A DNA stretch of 64,000 nt, taken from the NCBI GenBank assembly GCA_047615545.1, contig JBLHID010000001.1:8586-72585 (forward strand). Direction: 5' to 3'. A model generated the notes under the pieces. The model saw nothing but the letters and a program-made list of their open reading frames with translations, searched no databases and was not told where the DNA came from. Numbering within the stretch: position 1 is the stretch's first letter; every line of letters starts with the position of its first letter. Source of the stretch: Polaribacter sp. Lineage in GTDB: Bacteria > Pseudomonadota > Gammaproteobacteria > GCA-001735895. Shown here piece after piece: positions 1 to 10,012 of the stretch. The position numbers and the translations under genes were made by a program.

Positions 1-18
1 ACTTGAATTAAATTAAAG

Positions 19-1134
19 CTATATTCTGACGTAGTGGCCGCCAGGTGCTGATTGAATAAGCTCGTCGAGCTCTAGTAACAGTAGCATGGATGAAACCTTG
101 TCGATGGTCAAGCCACTGCGTTCTACCAATGTGTCCGTTGATATTGGGTCATAACCCATTTGTTCAAGTAGCTCGTTATAGACTATATCTAGTTTATTAC
201 TGGCTTTAATCGACGCCGAAGAAGGTTGCTCAGTGACTGGTTGGCTAGCGATATAACCGAGTAAGCTCGACAGATCCTCAATAATATCGGACGCTTTGTC
301 CGCTAATCGAGCGCCTTCTCTGATCAGTTGGTGGCAGCCCCGCACTTGCGGATTATGGATTGACCCAGGAATGGCAAAAACCTCTCGCCCTTGTTCAACG
401 GCTTGATGCGCGGTAATGAGTGAGCCGCTTCGACGAGCGGCTTCTACGACCAAAGTGGCGACACTGAGTCCGCTAATAATGCGGTTTCTGCGGGGAAAGT
501 TTTCGCTACGCGGGCTTGTACCCAGTGGGAATTCCGTGACCAATAGCCCATCCGAATGAATGTCGTAAGCCAATTGCCGATTTTTGGCAGGATAAATTTT
601 ATCCAGACCAGTGCCTGTCACCGCTATTGTCTTGCCTGTGCCGGTTAAAGCGCCTACATGGGCGTGAGTGTCGATACCCATTGCCATGCCGCTTGTTATG
701 GTAATGCCGGCGTTGGATAAATAGGCAGCAAAGTCACGTGCTGTTTTTGCGCCGCCAGGGGTGCAGTTACGGCTGCCAACTATCGCAATTTGGGGGTTAG
801 AGAGTAAATCGATACTGCCACTGCAGTAGAGGAGCGCTGGGTAGTTTGCGGTTTGCTTCAACAATGCGGGGTAAGCGTCATCGTCGAAGCATATAATGTG
901 ATTATTTGGTTGTTCTGCCCAAGCGAGTTCTTTTTCTACTTGGCCTTCGTTGGGGGATTTTATCTGGTCTATTTGCCGCGCTGACAACCCTGCTGCTTGC
1001 AGGTCATGTCTACTGACACTGAATATCTCGTTGAAATCACCACCGAACTTTTCACGCAAGTCGAGCAAAGATACTCGACCAATTCCGAAAACGTGAAACA
1101 GTCGTAGAAAATTAGCAAATTGATCCTTTTGCAT
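19..1134 (-). CDS. dprA: DNA processing protein DprA (Smf)
   Basis: 371-aa ORF with the DprA Rossmann-like core (GIDT..HxG, GTGLDKIYPAKN). It lies divergent from def, as in many gammaproteobacteria. Confidence 0.85.
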   Translation of the reverse strand: MQKDQFANFLRLFHVFGIGRVSLLDLREKFGGDFNEIFSVSRHDLQAAGLSARQIDQIKSPNEGQVEKELAWAEQPNNHIICFDDDAYPALLKQTANYPALLYCSGSIDLLSNPQIAIVGSRNCTPGGAKTARDFAAYLSNAGITITSGMAMGIDTHAHVGALTGTGKTIAVTGTGLDKIYPAKNRQLAYDIHSDGLLVTEFPLGTSPRSENFPRRNRIISGLSVATLVVEAARRSGSLITAHQAVEQGREVFAIPGSIHNPQVRGCHQLIREGARLADKASDIIEDLSSLLGYIASQPVTEQPSSASIKASNKLDIVYNELLEQMGYDPISTDTLVERSGLTIDKVSSMLLLLELDELIQSAPGGHYVRI

Positions 1135-1638
1135 GAATGTGTCATCCCTGTTTTTTGAGCTAGGTCAATTGAACCAGTGATGCCCTTATATATTATGGCG
1201 CTATCCCATGCTCGATTCTGACCTTGGCTTAGCTATCGGAGTATACTCTGTAAGGCAGCTCGGCATAATCTCTTATGCTAATCGGGACCTCATTTTTGAA
1301 ATGGTTGTGCGTTCCATAACGATGCCCATGCCCATATCAGGTAGTTCGACGTGGAAGTTAGCGCCTATTAGATGCATATTTTCAGCCTGAGTTTTTTTGA
1401 GCCGAACTCCTTTTTAAGTAAACTTTAAGTTAATGCCAGAAAATGAACGAAAAGTACGAGTAAATGTCCCACAAGGCGTCTCCTTTTTGTACAATATAGG
1501 TATCAGGGTGTTCTGGTTCCTAGGTAATGGTTTCAGCTGGTTTAGGTTCAGTGACACTGGCTTTTACCGGCTAAGATTCTAATATAATCAGTAGCTTGGA
1601 AGATATCCTATCTGTAAACATTATAGAATTTCGAAAAC

Positions 1639-2139
1639 ATGGCTTTATTAAATATTTTACACTTTCCTGACCCAAAACTTCGCACAGTTGCGAAGTCGGT
1701 GACATTGTTTGACGATGAGCTAAAGCAGTTCGTGAGAGATATGTTCGAAACGATGTACGAAGCGCCGGGTATCGGCTTAGCCGCTACGCAGGTTGATCGA
1801 CACATTCGATTACTGGTTATTGACGTATCAGAAAAGGGAGACGGCCCCAGATGTTTGATTAATCCTGAAATTATACAAGCCGATGGTGAAGGGTATATGG
1901 ATGAGGGCTGCCTTTCGGTGCCTGGCTATTATGAGCCGGTCACGAGAGCGGATCATGTTTGGGTGCGGGCCCAGGACGCTAACGGTGATATTTTTGAAAT
2001 AGAAGCAGAGGGTATAGAGGCTGTTTGTATACAGCACGAAATGGATCACTTGCTGGGTAAGTTATTTGTTGATTACTTGTCACCTTTAAAGCGTAATCGA
2101 ATTCGGTCAAAGTTATTGAAACAACAGAAACAGGCTTAG
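1639..2139 (+). CDS. def: peptide deformylase
   Basis: 166 aa with the three PDF motifs [17 protein letters not shown] and QHEMDHLLG. It is followed by fmt. Confidence 0.92.
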   Translation: MALLNILHFPDPKLRTVAKSVTLFDDELKQFVRDMFETMYEAPGIGLAATQVDRHIRLLVIDVSEKGDGPRCLINPEIIQADGEGYMDEGCLSVPGYYEPVTRADHVWVRAQDANGDIFEIEAEGIEAVCIQHEMDHLLGKLFVDYLSPLKRNRIRSKLLKQQKQA

Positions 2140-2173
2140 TCATTCACCGGGTCAAGTCTCAACAAAAAATCAT

Positions 2174-3115
2174 ATGATGAAAATAATTTATGCCGGTACG
2201 CCAGATTTTGCGGTGCCTGCTTTAGAGTCCCTAGTGCAGTCAGAACACGAGGTAATTGCGGTTTATACGCAACCGGACAGGCCAGCAGGCCGTGGTCGAA
2301 AACTTCAGCAAAGCGTGGTCAAGGAATGCGCTTTATTTCACGATATAGCGGTATATCAACCACCCTCCTTTAAAGAATCCGCTGATTTAGAACGGTTTTT
2401 CGAGCTAGAGGCCGACCTGATGATAGTGGCTGCTTATGGTTTGATTTTGCCGGTCGCTATATTAAATGCGCCTCGGCTCGGTTGTATTAATATTCATGGT
2501 TCTATATTGCCGCGTTGGCGAGGTGCTGCGCCAATACAACGTGCTATTCTGGCGAACGATTCATCGACTGGGGTGACAATTATGCAAATGGATAGTGGGC
2601 TCGATACAGGCGCCATGATTTCAAAACAAACCTTAGCCATCGACCCAAGCTGGACTTCGTTTGATTTGCATGAGCAGTTGAAGCGAGTAGGGGCTGGTTT
2701 ACTCATTAATACCTTGCCTATAATTGAGTCAGGTCAAGCTCAGCCTGAATCTCAAAAAGAACCTCAAAATGAGTCGCTGGCAAATTATGCTAGTAAGCTC
2801 AGCAAGTCTGAGGCACAAATTGACTGGCATAAAAGCGCAGAGGAAATTGCTCGAGAAATTAAAGCCTTCATCCCCTGGCCGGTGAGTTATACCCATTTAA
2901 ACGGGAAGCTGGTTCGGGTTTGGCAAGCCAGTTTCGATCCTACCCAAACGTTTGCAGGGCAGGGTAATGTGCTCGATCATAACAATGAAGGCGTTTATGT
3001 TAGCTGTGGTGACGGTGTGTTGTGTATCGAAGAATTGCAGTTCGAGGGTAAAAAACGATGTACCGCCGCTCAATCATTTAATGGTCAGAACCTCACTGGG
3101 AGTCAGTTTCTGTGA
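2174..3115 (+). CDS. fmt: methionyl-tRNA formyltransferase
   Basis: 313 aa with a formyltransferase N-domain (IYAGTPDFAVPALESL; HGSILPRWRGAAPIQRAI). It sits in the def-fmt-rsmB order. Confidence 0.92.
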   Translation: MMKIIYAGTPDFAVPALESLVQSEHEVIAVYTQPDRPAGRGRKLQQSVVKECALFHDIAVYQPPSFKESADLERFFELEADLMIVAAYGLILPVAILNAPRLGCINIHGSILPRWRGAAPIQRAILANDSSTGVTIMQMDSGLDTGAMISKQTLAIDPSWTSFDLHEQLKRVGAGLLINTLPIIESGQAQPESQKEPQNESLANYASKLSKSEAQIDWHKSAEEIAREIKAFIPWPVSYTHLNGKLVRVWQASFDPTQTFAGQGNVLDHNNEGVYVSCGDGVLCIEELQFEGKKRCTAAQSFNGQNLTGSQFL

Positions 3116-4473
3116 ATAGTCCAGAAGCAGCCAATCGTGCGGGTAGTCGCGCATCTAAACCAAATCCGAGACAGTTGGCGCTACAGTCATTATTACTGGT
3201 CATTGGTAAGGGACGATCTTTGGATGATGCGCTAGTCAATGTACAGGCTAAATACCCTGATTTAGATCCAAGGGATACAGCCTTATGCCGTGAAATGGCA
3301 AGCGGGGTATGTCGTTACTATCACGCTTTGCAGTATTTACTCAAACCACGGTTACGCAAGTTGTTTAAAACGAAAGATCTTGACCTGGAAATTATTTTGC
3401 TGGTTGGTATGTACCAATTGTTGATGATGAGGGTGGACGACCATGCGGCCGTGAACGAATCGGTCAAACTAACATTACATCAGAAAAAAAGTTGGGCTAA
3501 AGGGTTGGTCAACGGCGTATTACGCCAGCTGATTCGTGATGAAGTGACAGTCGAATCACTCTCGGCTGATATTTCTTACCCTGAGTGGATAAACCATAAA
3601 CTCGCTGCCGATTGGCCTGATGACAGTGTTGAAGTCCTGCAAGCGGGTAATCAGCGAGCACCGATGACGTTGCGGGTTGACTTAAGTCAGAGAACGCGAG
3701 AGCGGCAAGTTGAGATAATGCGAGAGCAAGACATCGTCGCTGATCTGCATCCTGTGGTCGAGTCGGCGATTGTGTTGGAAAAACCGTGTTCTGTTTCCAA
3801 AATAGATGGTTTCGAATCCGGTGTAGTCAGTGTGCAGGATGCAGCGGCGCAATTAGCGGCCGTGTTACTCGACTGTAAGCCTGGGATGCGGGTGTTAGAT
3901 GCCTGTGCCGCACCGGGTGGGAAGTCTGCACATATTTTGCAGGCTTGTGATGAGGTGACTTTGGTTGCCATCGATAAGGATGAGTCTCGATTGGCGCTCA
4001 TCGAACAAAATTTACAACGCATCCACCGACTGGCACATTTGAAATGCGGCAACGCAACGCAACCTGCTGATTGGCATGACGGTGTGCTATTCGATCGTAT
4101 TCTAGCGGATGTTCCTTGTTCTGCTAGTGGTGTTATACGCCGCCATCCTGATATTAAGCTGTTACGCCGTGACGACGATATTCCGAACCTAGTGTTACAA
4201 CAGCAAGCTATCTTGTTGGCCTTGTGGCCGTTACTGAAACCGGGCGGCATTATGATTTATAGCACTTGCTCGATTTTCAAAGATGAGAATGAAGGTCAGA
4301 TAGCCTGGTTTGTCGATAACCATAAAAACTGCACGGTAAATCGTTTGAATTCAGTACAATGGGGTCACAAGCGCCCATATGGGCGGCAGATATTACCGGG
4401 GCAGCAAGGCATGGACGGATTCTATTATGCGAAAATACATAAAACTATCATGAAGAGCGATCAGGCTGACTGA
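3112..4473 (+). CDS. rsmB: 16S rRNA (cytosine967-C5)-methyltransferase RsmB/Sun
   Basis: 453 aa with an NusB-like N-terminus and a SAM m5C methyltransferase core (DACAAPGGKS, the PCSASGVIRR catalytic-cysteine motif). It overlaps the fmt stop. Confidence 0.88.
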   Translation: MNSPEAANRAGSRASKPNPRQLALQSLLLVIGKGRSLDDALVNVQAKYPDLDPRDTALCREMASGVCRYYHALQYLLKPRLRKLFKTKDLDLEIILLVGMYQLLMMRVDDHAAVNESVKLTLHQKKSWAKGLVNGVLRQLIRDEVTVESLSADISYPEWINHKLAADWPDDSVEVLQAGNQRAPMTLRVDLSQRTRERQVEIMREQDIVADLHPVVESAIVLEKPCSVSKIDGFESGVVSVQDAAAQLAAVLLDCKPGMRVLDACAAPGGKSAHILQACDEVTLVAIDKDESRLALIEQNLQRIHRLAHLKCGNATQPADWHDGVLFDRILADVPCSASGVIRRHPDIKLLRRDDDIPNLVLQQQAILLALWPLLKPGGIMIYSTCSIFKDENEGQIAWFVDNHKNCTVNRLNSVQWGHKRPYGRQILPGQQGMDGFYYAKIHKTIMKSDQAD

Positions 4474-5051
4474 TGGGATTCGGTTACCACTTCAATTTGT
4501 ACCGAAGTGTCCAAGCACTATTGTTTGGGTTGCTCATTAGTGCGGCTTCTTTTGCACAAGGCGAGCCTGCGTTTAACATAAGAACTGCCAGTTTCACGAT
4601 GCAAGAGAGCTTGTTACTGCTGGATTCAACGATAGAAATAGACCTTCCCAAGTACATTAATAAGGCGATTGATCAGGGTTTTGCCGTACCCTTAATGTTT
4701 GAAGTAGAGGTACTCAAATATAGTCGATACTGGTTTGATGAAAAGTTGCTGTCACTCAAGCAGCAATACCAGTTGCACTACCTACCGATGCTCAGCTCTT
4801 ATGCCATCTTCGATGTCAATGCGAATCAGCGGATGTACTTTAATAGTCGGCAGGAAGCAGAGCGAAGTCTCAATGTGATCAACGCCTACCCGATGTTCGA
4901 TGTCGCCAATATAAACCAGTCGGGGCGAGTCTATGTACGCATGCGAGCAGGCATCGATGTTGATGAGCTCCCTTTGCCGCTCAAATCGAGTTTTTATTCG
5001 GACAACGACTGGGACTTGCAAAGTGACTGGTTTGAATGGGATGTAGACTGA
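4473..5051 (+). CDS. DUF4390-like periplasmic protein with a signal peptide
   Basis: 192 aa with an N-terminal signal-like hydrophobic segment. Its position between rsmB and an NtrY-type kinase matches the conserved DUF4390-ntrY-ntrX arrangement. Confidence 0.5.
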   Translation: MGFGYHFNLYRSVQALLFGLLISAASFAQGEPAFNIRTASFTMQESLLLLDSTIEIDLPKYINKAIDQGFAVPLMFEVEVLKYSRYWFDEKLLSLKQQYQLHYLPMLSSYAIFDVNANQRMYFNSRQEAERSLNVINAYPMFDVANINQSGRVYVRMRAGIDVDELPLPLKSSFYSDNDWDLQSDWFEWDVD

Positions 5052-7291
5052 CTACAATGACGCATTCTACGGTTCGCAACTTCCTGTCTATTTTAGCGTT
5101 GGTGATTCTGCTTGTGGTGTCACTCTATGCGATAAGCGATGCCACCTCAAATTCGGCAAATTTTGGTAAGTACTATAACTGGTTGATTTTTTTTAATGCG
5201 ATAGGCCTTATCGCACTGATCGGCCTTATTGTTTACAACGTTTATAAATTAGTCATTCAGTATCGTCTGAAGGCAATAGGCTCACGCCTGACAGCTCGCA
5301 TGATTGGCGTCTTTGTTTTATTGACGATTATTCCAGTTAGTATCGTGTATTATTTCTCGATCAGTTTTATCCACCGAAGCATCGATAGCTGGTTTGACGT
5401 GGGTATTGAAGTGGCACTGGATGACTCGCTACAGTTAGGACGTAGTGCCTTGGACTTAAGAAAACGAGAGGCATTAAAAAAGACTCGGTTAATTGCCTCA
5501 GAAATACCTGACATAAACCAAAATATCTTATTCGTTTATCTCGATGATATGCGTGATCAGCAAAACGCTATCGAGTTAACGCTAGTGGATCATCGTCAGT
5601 CGATCATTGCCTCGAGCAGTATCGATTCGACTATTATGCCAACCGCATTATTGCTTACTGAAGTAGGTGAGCTTGACCAAGATAGCCATTATCTAAAATT
5701 GGAAGATAGCCAGATATCGGGTCTAGCGATTCGGGTAGCGGTACAGGTGCAAAGCATTGACGCGACGGAAAAATCGAAGACGCTGCAGGCACTATTCCCG
5801 TTGACCGACAGGCTAAACGAACTCACTATCAGTGTGCAGGCCGCCTTTGATCGTTACAAACAACTGTCCGTATTGCGCGTGCCGTTAAAAACTAGCTTTA
5901 CGTTGGCGCTCTCTCAAATATTGTTGTTGAGCGTGCTATCAGCTATCTGGCTCGCATTTGTTGCGGCGCGTAATTTAGTTGCGCCTATTAATGAGCTGGT
6001 CGAAGGGACAAAGTCTGTGGCGGCGGGAGATTATGGAAAACTATTGACCGTATCAGGCACAGATGAACTGGGATTTTTACTGAGGTCATTTAATACCATG
6101 ACACGGAAAATATCGCGCACACGAGCCATAGCTGAAAAAAGTCAGGCGATGGAGGCGATGCAGCGCAATTACCTCGAATCGGTCATGGAGCACATAACCT
6201 CAGGCGTACTCACTATTGATGACACAGGGTTTATTAAAAGTGGTAATCCAGCGGCCTGCCTTATATTTTCGGTAGATAGTTTTTACTTTACAGAGCTATC
6301 GATCAAAGATGTTTTGATGTTGTATCCGCGGATGGCTGTTTTCTTTGAAGTCGTGCAGAGGCAAATGGAAAATCAGGACGAATGGCAAGAAGAAGTCACG
6401 ATAGTAGGCCCCGGTGGCAATAAGAACCTGCGGGTGACGGGTACCACCATTCAGTCTCAGCCAGGAGAGCGACGAGAACAAGTCATAGTGGTCGATGATT
6501 TAACCGAATTGATCCAAGCAGAAAAAGACTCGGCTTGGAGCGAAATGGCGCGCCGACTCGCACACGAAATTAAAAACCCACTCACCCCTATTCAATTGTC
6601 GGCGGAGCGGTTACAGCGAAAATTGAGCACTGAAGTCACGGGTGAAAAACTAGAAATGTTGAATCGATATACCCATACCATTGTGCAACAGGTTGAGGCA
6701 ATGAAGACAATGGTTAATGAGTTTTCCGATTATGCTCGTTCAGCATCAAAAAACCCTGAGCTAATCGATTTAAACGCAATGTTAGAAGCGATAGCTGTTT
6801 TGTACCATGATAATCGCACTCACATGTCGATAGAGATGTCACTCGATAGTACGAGGCCTCACATTTTGGCTGATGGTATTCGATTACGTCAGTTAGTACA
6901 TAATCTGTTGAAAAACAGTCTCGAAACGATTGGCGAAAACGGCTGGATAAAGCTGAAAACAAAATGCACAGTGTATTTTGGGCAAGCCTGTGTCGAACTC
7001 AGTGTCGAAGATAATGGCAAAGGTATCGCCGCTGACGTTGCCGATAAGATATTTGAGCCCTATGTGACAACAAAAGTGAAAGGAAGTGGCTTAGGCTTGG
7101 CTATAGTCAAAAAAATAGTAGATGAGCAAGGTGGCGCAGTTTGGGTAGAAAGTTCGAAGCAAGGTGGTGCCCATTTTATTGTTCGTTTGCCAATGATGTC
7201 TAAATCAGATGAAACAGCTATGATTGTTGACCAAGGTAGCATCAAACATAACGGCATTAAAAATAGTAGTAAAAAGGTTGAGGTTATTTAA
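5036..7291 (+). CDS. ntrY: NtrY-like sensor histidine kinase (2 TM, HAMP, PAS, HisKA, HATPase)
   Basis: 751 aa. The H-box HEIKNPLTPIQLSAERLQRK is characteristic of the NtrY family, and G-boxes (GSGLGLAIVKKIV) are present. Confidence 0.75.
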   Translation: MGCRLTTMTHSTVRNFLSILALVILLVVSLYAISDATSNSANFGKYYNWLIFFNAIGLIALIGLIVYNVYKLVIQYRLKAIGSRLTARMIGVFVLLTIIPVSIVYYFSISFIHRSIDSWFDVGIEVALDDSLQLGRSALDLRKREALKKTRLIASEIPDINQNILFVYLDDMRDQQNAIELTLVDHRQSIIASSSIDSTIMPTALLLTEVGELDQDSHYLKLEDSQISGLAIRVAVQVQSIDATEKSKTLQALFPLTDRLNELTISVQAAFDRYKQLSVLRVPLKTSFTLALSQILLLSVLSAIWLAFVAARNLVAPINELVEGTKSVAAGDYGKLLTVSGTDELGFLLRSFNTMTRKISRTRAIAEKSQAMEAMQRNYLESVMEHITSGVLTIDDTGFIKSGNPAACLIFSVDSFYFTELSIKDVLMLYPRMAVFFEVVQRQMENQDEWQEEVTIVGPGGNKNLRVTGTTIQSQPGERREQVIVVDDLTELIQAEKDSAWSEMARRLAHEIKNPLTPIQLSAERLQRKLSTEVTGEKLEMLNRYTHTIVQQVEAMKTMVNEFSDYARSASKNPELIDLNAMLEAIAVLYHDNRTHMSIEMSLDSTRPHILADGIRLRQLVHNLLKNSLETIGENGWIKLKTKCTVYFGQACVELSVEDNGKGIAADVADKIFEPYVTTKVKGSGLGLAIVKKIVDEQGGAVWVESSKQGGAHFIVRLPMMSKSDETAMIVDQGSIKHNGIKNSSKKVEVI

Positions 7292-8547
7292 TGAGTGCAA
7301 GAATACTGGTGGTCGATGATGAGCCCGATATCCGATTTTTGCTAAAGGATATTCTTGAAGATGAAGGTTATCTGGTGGATGTCGCAGAACATGCCAAAGC
7401 AGCGAATGAAAGTCGTAGCGCCAATAAGCCTGATCTAGTTTTACTCGACATCTGGATGCCCGAAGTTGACGGCGTAACGCTACTAAAGGAATGGAAGTCA
7501 TCACAAACAGATGCCTGTCCAGTGGTCATGATGTCAGGGCACGGTACAGTAGAAACCGCGGTTGAAGCAATCAAGTTTGGTGCCTATGATTTCGTAGAAA
7601 AACCGCTGTCGATGGCGAAGCTGCTAAATACCGTAAAAGCGGCGCTTGCCAGTGTAACTGTATCATCTGAAACACCGCGTCAAAGTAAAAAAGAGGAGCC
7701 CGTTGGCAATAGTGAGGTTATCCAGCAATTAAAGCTAGGTATGCAGTCAATTAGTCGTTCTAGCCATCCTGTGTTTTTTTCAGGCGCCAATGGTAGTGGC
7801 AGGAAAATATGGGCGTCCTATTTGTGTGAATTATCGGGTTCTTCGCTCCAATTTTTTGACTCATCAAAGAGTTTTGATCAATACTCGCCTCTGCCAAGTA
7901 GTATTTATATAGAGGAAGTTAGTGACTTATCACTCGATGTACAATCGAATTTATTACAAGCAATTATGGACGCCAGTAACCCGAAACATCGATATATTGT
8001 CGCCAGTCGATCAAGTCACAAAGCGCTAACCGAAAGCTTGAGCATCTTGCCAGAGATTGCCTCATATTGGCGTAATGCTATCTATATTCCATCGCTATCT
8101 GAGCATATTGAAGATATTCCCGAATTACTCGAGTACTATGTCAACTGGTATAGCGACCATGAACAATTGCCCTATCGGCACTTTGGTGTTGCGGCCCAAA
8201 ATTTATTACGGAATTACGAGTGGTTAGGTGATATTTTACAGCTTAAGCAATTTATCAAAGCAATTCTCGGAAATAGTGATAATGAAACGATTGAACTTGA
8301 CGAAATTGAGACTGTTTTAAAACAGTTTAAGTTGCTGTCCGTGTCAAATGAAGCCAATACGATGCAGCTAACGGTTAACCTAGATATGGATTTGCGCGAA
8401 GCGCGGGAAGCCTTCGAAAGAGGGTATCTATCACGCCATCTCGAAATGTGCGGCAACAATATGACTGAGCTGGCGAGACGAGTCGGTCAGGAAAGAACGA
8501 ACTTGTATCGAAAGTTAAAGAGTTTAGGTTTGCACCATAAGAAATAG
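7291..8547 (+). CDS. ntrX: NtrX-like response regulator with REC, a degenerate sigma54-type AAA+ domain and a Fis-type HTH
   Basis: 418 aa with a receiver (VVDDEPDIRFLL..DIWMPEVDG) and a C-terminal HTH (MTELARRVGQERTNLYRKLK). The central domain has a non-canonical P-loop (GANGSGRK) and no visible GAFTGA motif. Confidence 0.7.
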   Translation: MSARILVVDDEPDIRFLLKDILEDEGYLVDVAEHAKAANESRSANKPDLVLLDIWMPEVDGVTLLKEWKSSQTDACPVVMMSGHGTVETAVEAIKFGAYDFVEKPLSMAKLLNTVKAALASVTVSSETPRQSKKEEPVGNSEVIQQLKLGMQSISRSSHPVFFSGANGSGRKIWASYLCELSGSSLQFFDSSKSFDQYSPLPSSIYIEEVSDLSLDVQSNLLQAIMDASNPKHRYIVASRSSHKALTESLSILPEIASYWRNAIYIPSLSEHIEDIPELLEYYVNWYSDHEQLPYRHFGVAAQNLLRNYEWLGDILQLKQFIKAILGNSDNETIELDEIETVLKQFKLLSVSNEANTMQLTVNLDMDLREAREAFERGYLSRHLEMCGNNMTELARRVGQERTNLYRKLKSLGLHHKK

Positions 8548-8620
8548 ATCAAGGGCTTAGATCGAGAGCCTAATTCAAGCAGCTTATACCCAAAAAAATC
8601 CAAAAAGAATAATACTAATC

Positions 8621-9997
8621 ATGAATATCATAATACTCGGTGCAGGTCAGGTCGGCTCGACAGTCGCAACGGAGCTTGCCAGAGAAGAAGCAAACGAAAT
8701 AACTATTGTCGATAAAGACCAGCAAATTTTATCTGAATTGCAGGATCGGTTAGATTTACGAACCATTTGTGGTAATGGCTCTTATCCCAATATATTAGAG
8801 GCAGCCGGTGCCGATGATGCCGATATGATCATCGCATTAACCAATAGCGATGAAACCAACATGATGGCCTGCCAGATAGCATCGTCGTTATTTCATACGC
8901 CAACCAAAATAGCGCGTATTAGGTCGCCTGAATACTTGCGTAACCCTGACTTATTTTCGCCCGAATCGATCCCTGTCGATTTTATGATTAGCCCAGAATC
9001 ACTTGTCACCGATTATATCCATCATCTCATTGAGCATCCAAGTGCACTTCAAGTGCTTGATTTTGCTGATGGTAAGGTGCAGCTGGTCGCAGTTAAAGCT
9101 TACGACAGCGGGCCACTAGTGGGGAAGGCGCTGAAAGCAATGAAGCAGCATATACCCGGTGTCGATATGCGTGTGGCGGCTATTTTCAGAGAAGGTCAGT
9201 CAATCACACCATCGGCGGAATGCGTCGTCAAAGCTGGTGATGAAGTTTATTTTATCGCAGCCCGCAACCATATTCCGACGGTTATGTCCGAGATGCGTAA
9301 GCTCGAAAAACCCATTAAGCGGGTGATGCTTGCTGGCGGTGGAAATATTGGTGGGCAGCTAGCGGCACTACTCGAAAAAGACTATCAAGTGAAAGTAATC
9401 GAACGCTTTGCCGGCAGAGCAAAACAGTTATCCGGTATACTTGGTTCTAGCATTGTGTTGCTCGGTGATGCTGCCGACCCGGAGCTATTAATCGAGGAAA
9501 ACATTGAAAACATGGATGTATTTTGTGCACTCACCAATGACGATGAAGCGAATATATTATCGTCGATGTTGGCAAAACGACTCGGCGCTAAAAAAGTGAT
9601 GTCACTTATTAATCGTCCAGCGTATGTGGATCTGGTTGAGAGTGGTTTAATTGATATTGCGATCTCTCCGCACCAAGTCACTATTGGCACGTTGCTGGCC
9701 CATATCCGTCGTGGTGACGTGGTTGCGGTTCATGCACTACGACGTGGCTCTGCCGAAGCTATCGAAGCGATTGCCCATGGCGATAAAAGTTCATCCAAAG
9801 TAGTGGGGCGGTCGATAGAGCAAATTAAATTACCGGCTGGCGTTACCATTAGTGCGATAGTGCGAGGCGACGAGGTGGTGATTGCACACCACGACACCAT
9901 GATCGAATCTGAAGATCATGTTATTTTATTCCTCACTGATAAGAAAAAAATATCCGATGTCGAACGCTTGTTCCAAGTCGGCTTTACCTATTTCTAG
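8621..9997 (+). CDS. trkA: Trk K+ uptake NAD-binding subunit TrkA
   Basis: 458 aa with two Rossmann GxGxxG repeats ([10 protein letters not shown]; [14 protein letters not shown]) and RCK_C domains. Confidence 0.9.
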   Translation: MNIIILGAGQVGSTVATELAREEANEITIVDKDQQILSELQDRLDLRTICGNGSYPNILEAAGADDADMIIALTNSDETNMMACQIASSLFHTPTKIARIRSPEYLRNPDLFSPESIPVDFMISPESLVTDYIHHLIEHPSALQVLDFADGKVQLVAVKAYDSGPLVGKALKAMKQHIPGVDMRVAAIFREGQSITPSAECVVKAGDEVYFIAARNHIPTVMSEMRKLEKPIKRVMLAGGGNIGGQLAALLEKDYQVKVIERFAGRAKQLSGILGSSIVLLGDAADPELLIEENIENMDVFCALTNDDEANILSSMLAKRLGAKKVMSLINRPAYVDLVESGLIDIAISPHQVTIGTLLAHIRRGDVVAVHALRRGSAEAIEAIAHGDKSSSKVVGRSIEQIKLPAGVTISAIVRGDEVVIAHHDTMIESEDHVILFLTDKKKISDVERLFQVGFTYF

Positions 9998-10012
9998 CGC
10001 GGATACGGCCTT

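Noticed and set aside
1208-1390. 60-aa plus-strand ORF in the dprA/def divergent promoter region
   Set aside because: It has no motif and lies in a promoter-rich divergent spacer. It is likely spurious.
3687-4250. 187-aa minus-strand ORF inside rsmB, and similar antisense ORFs inside hisF (16196-16988), the hybrid kinase (many plus-strand ORFs of 61-125 aa between 35594 and 40246), glpD, the glycerol transporter genes, the P450 and the peroxidase
   Set aside because: All are fully embedded antisense or out-of-frame in well-supported genes. They have atypical composition and no motifs.
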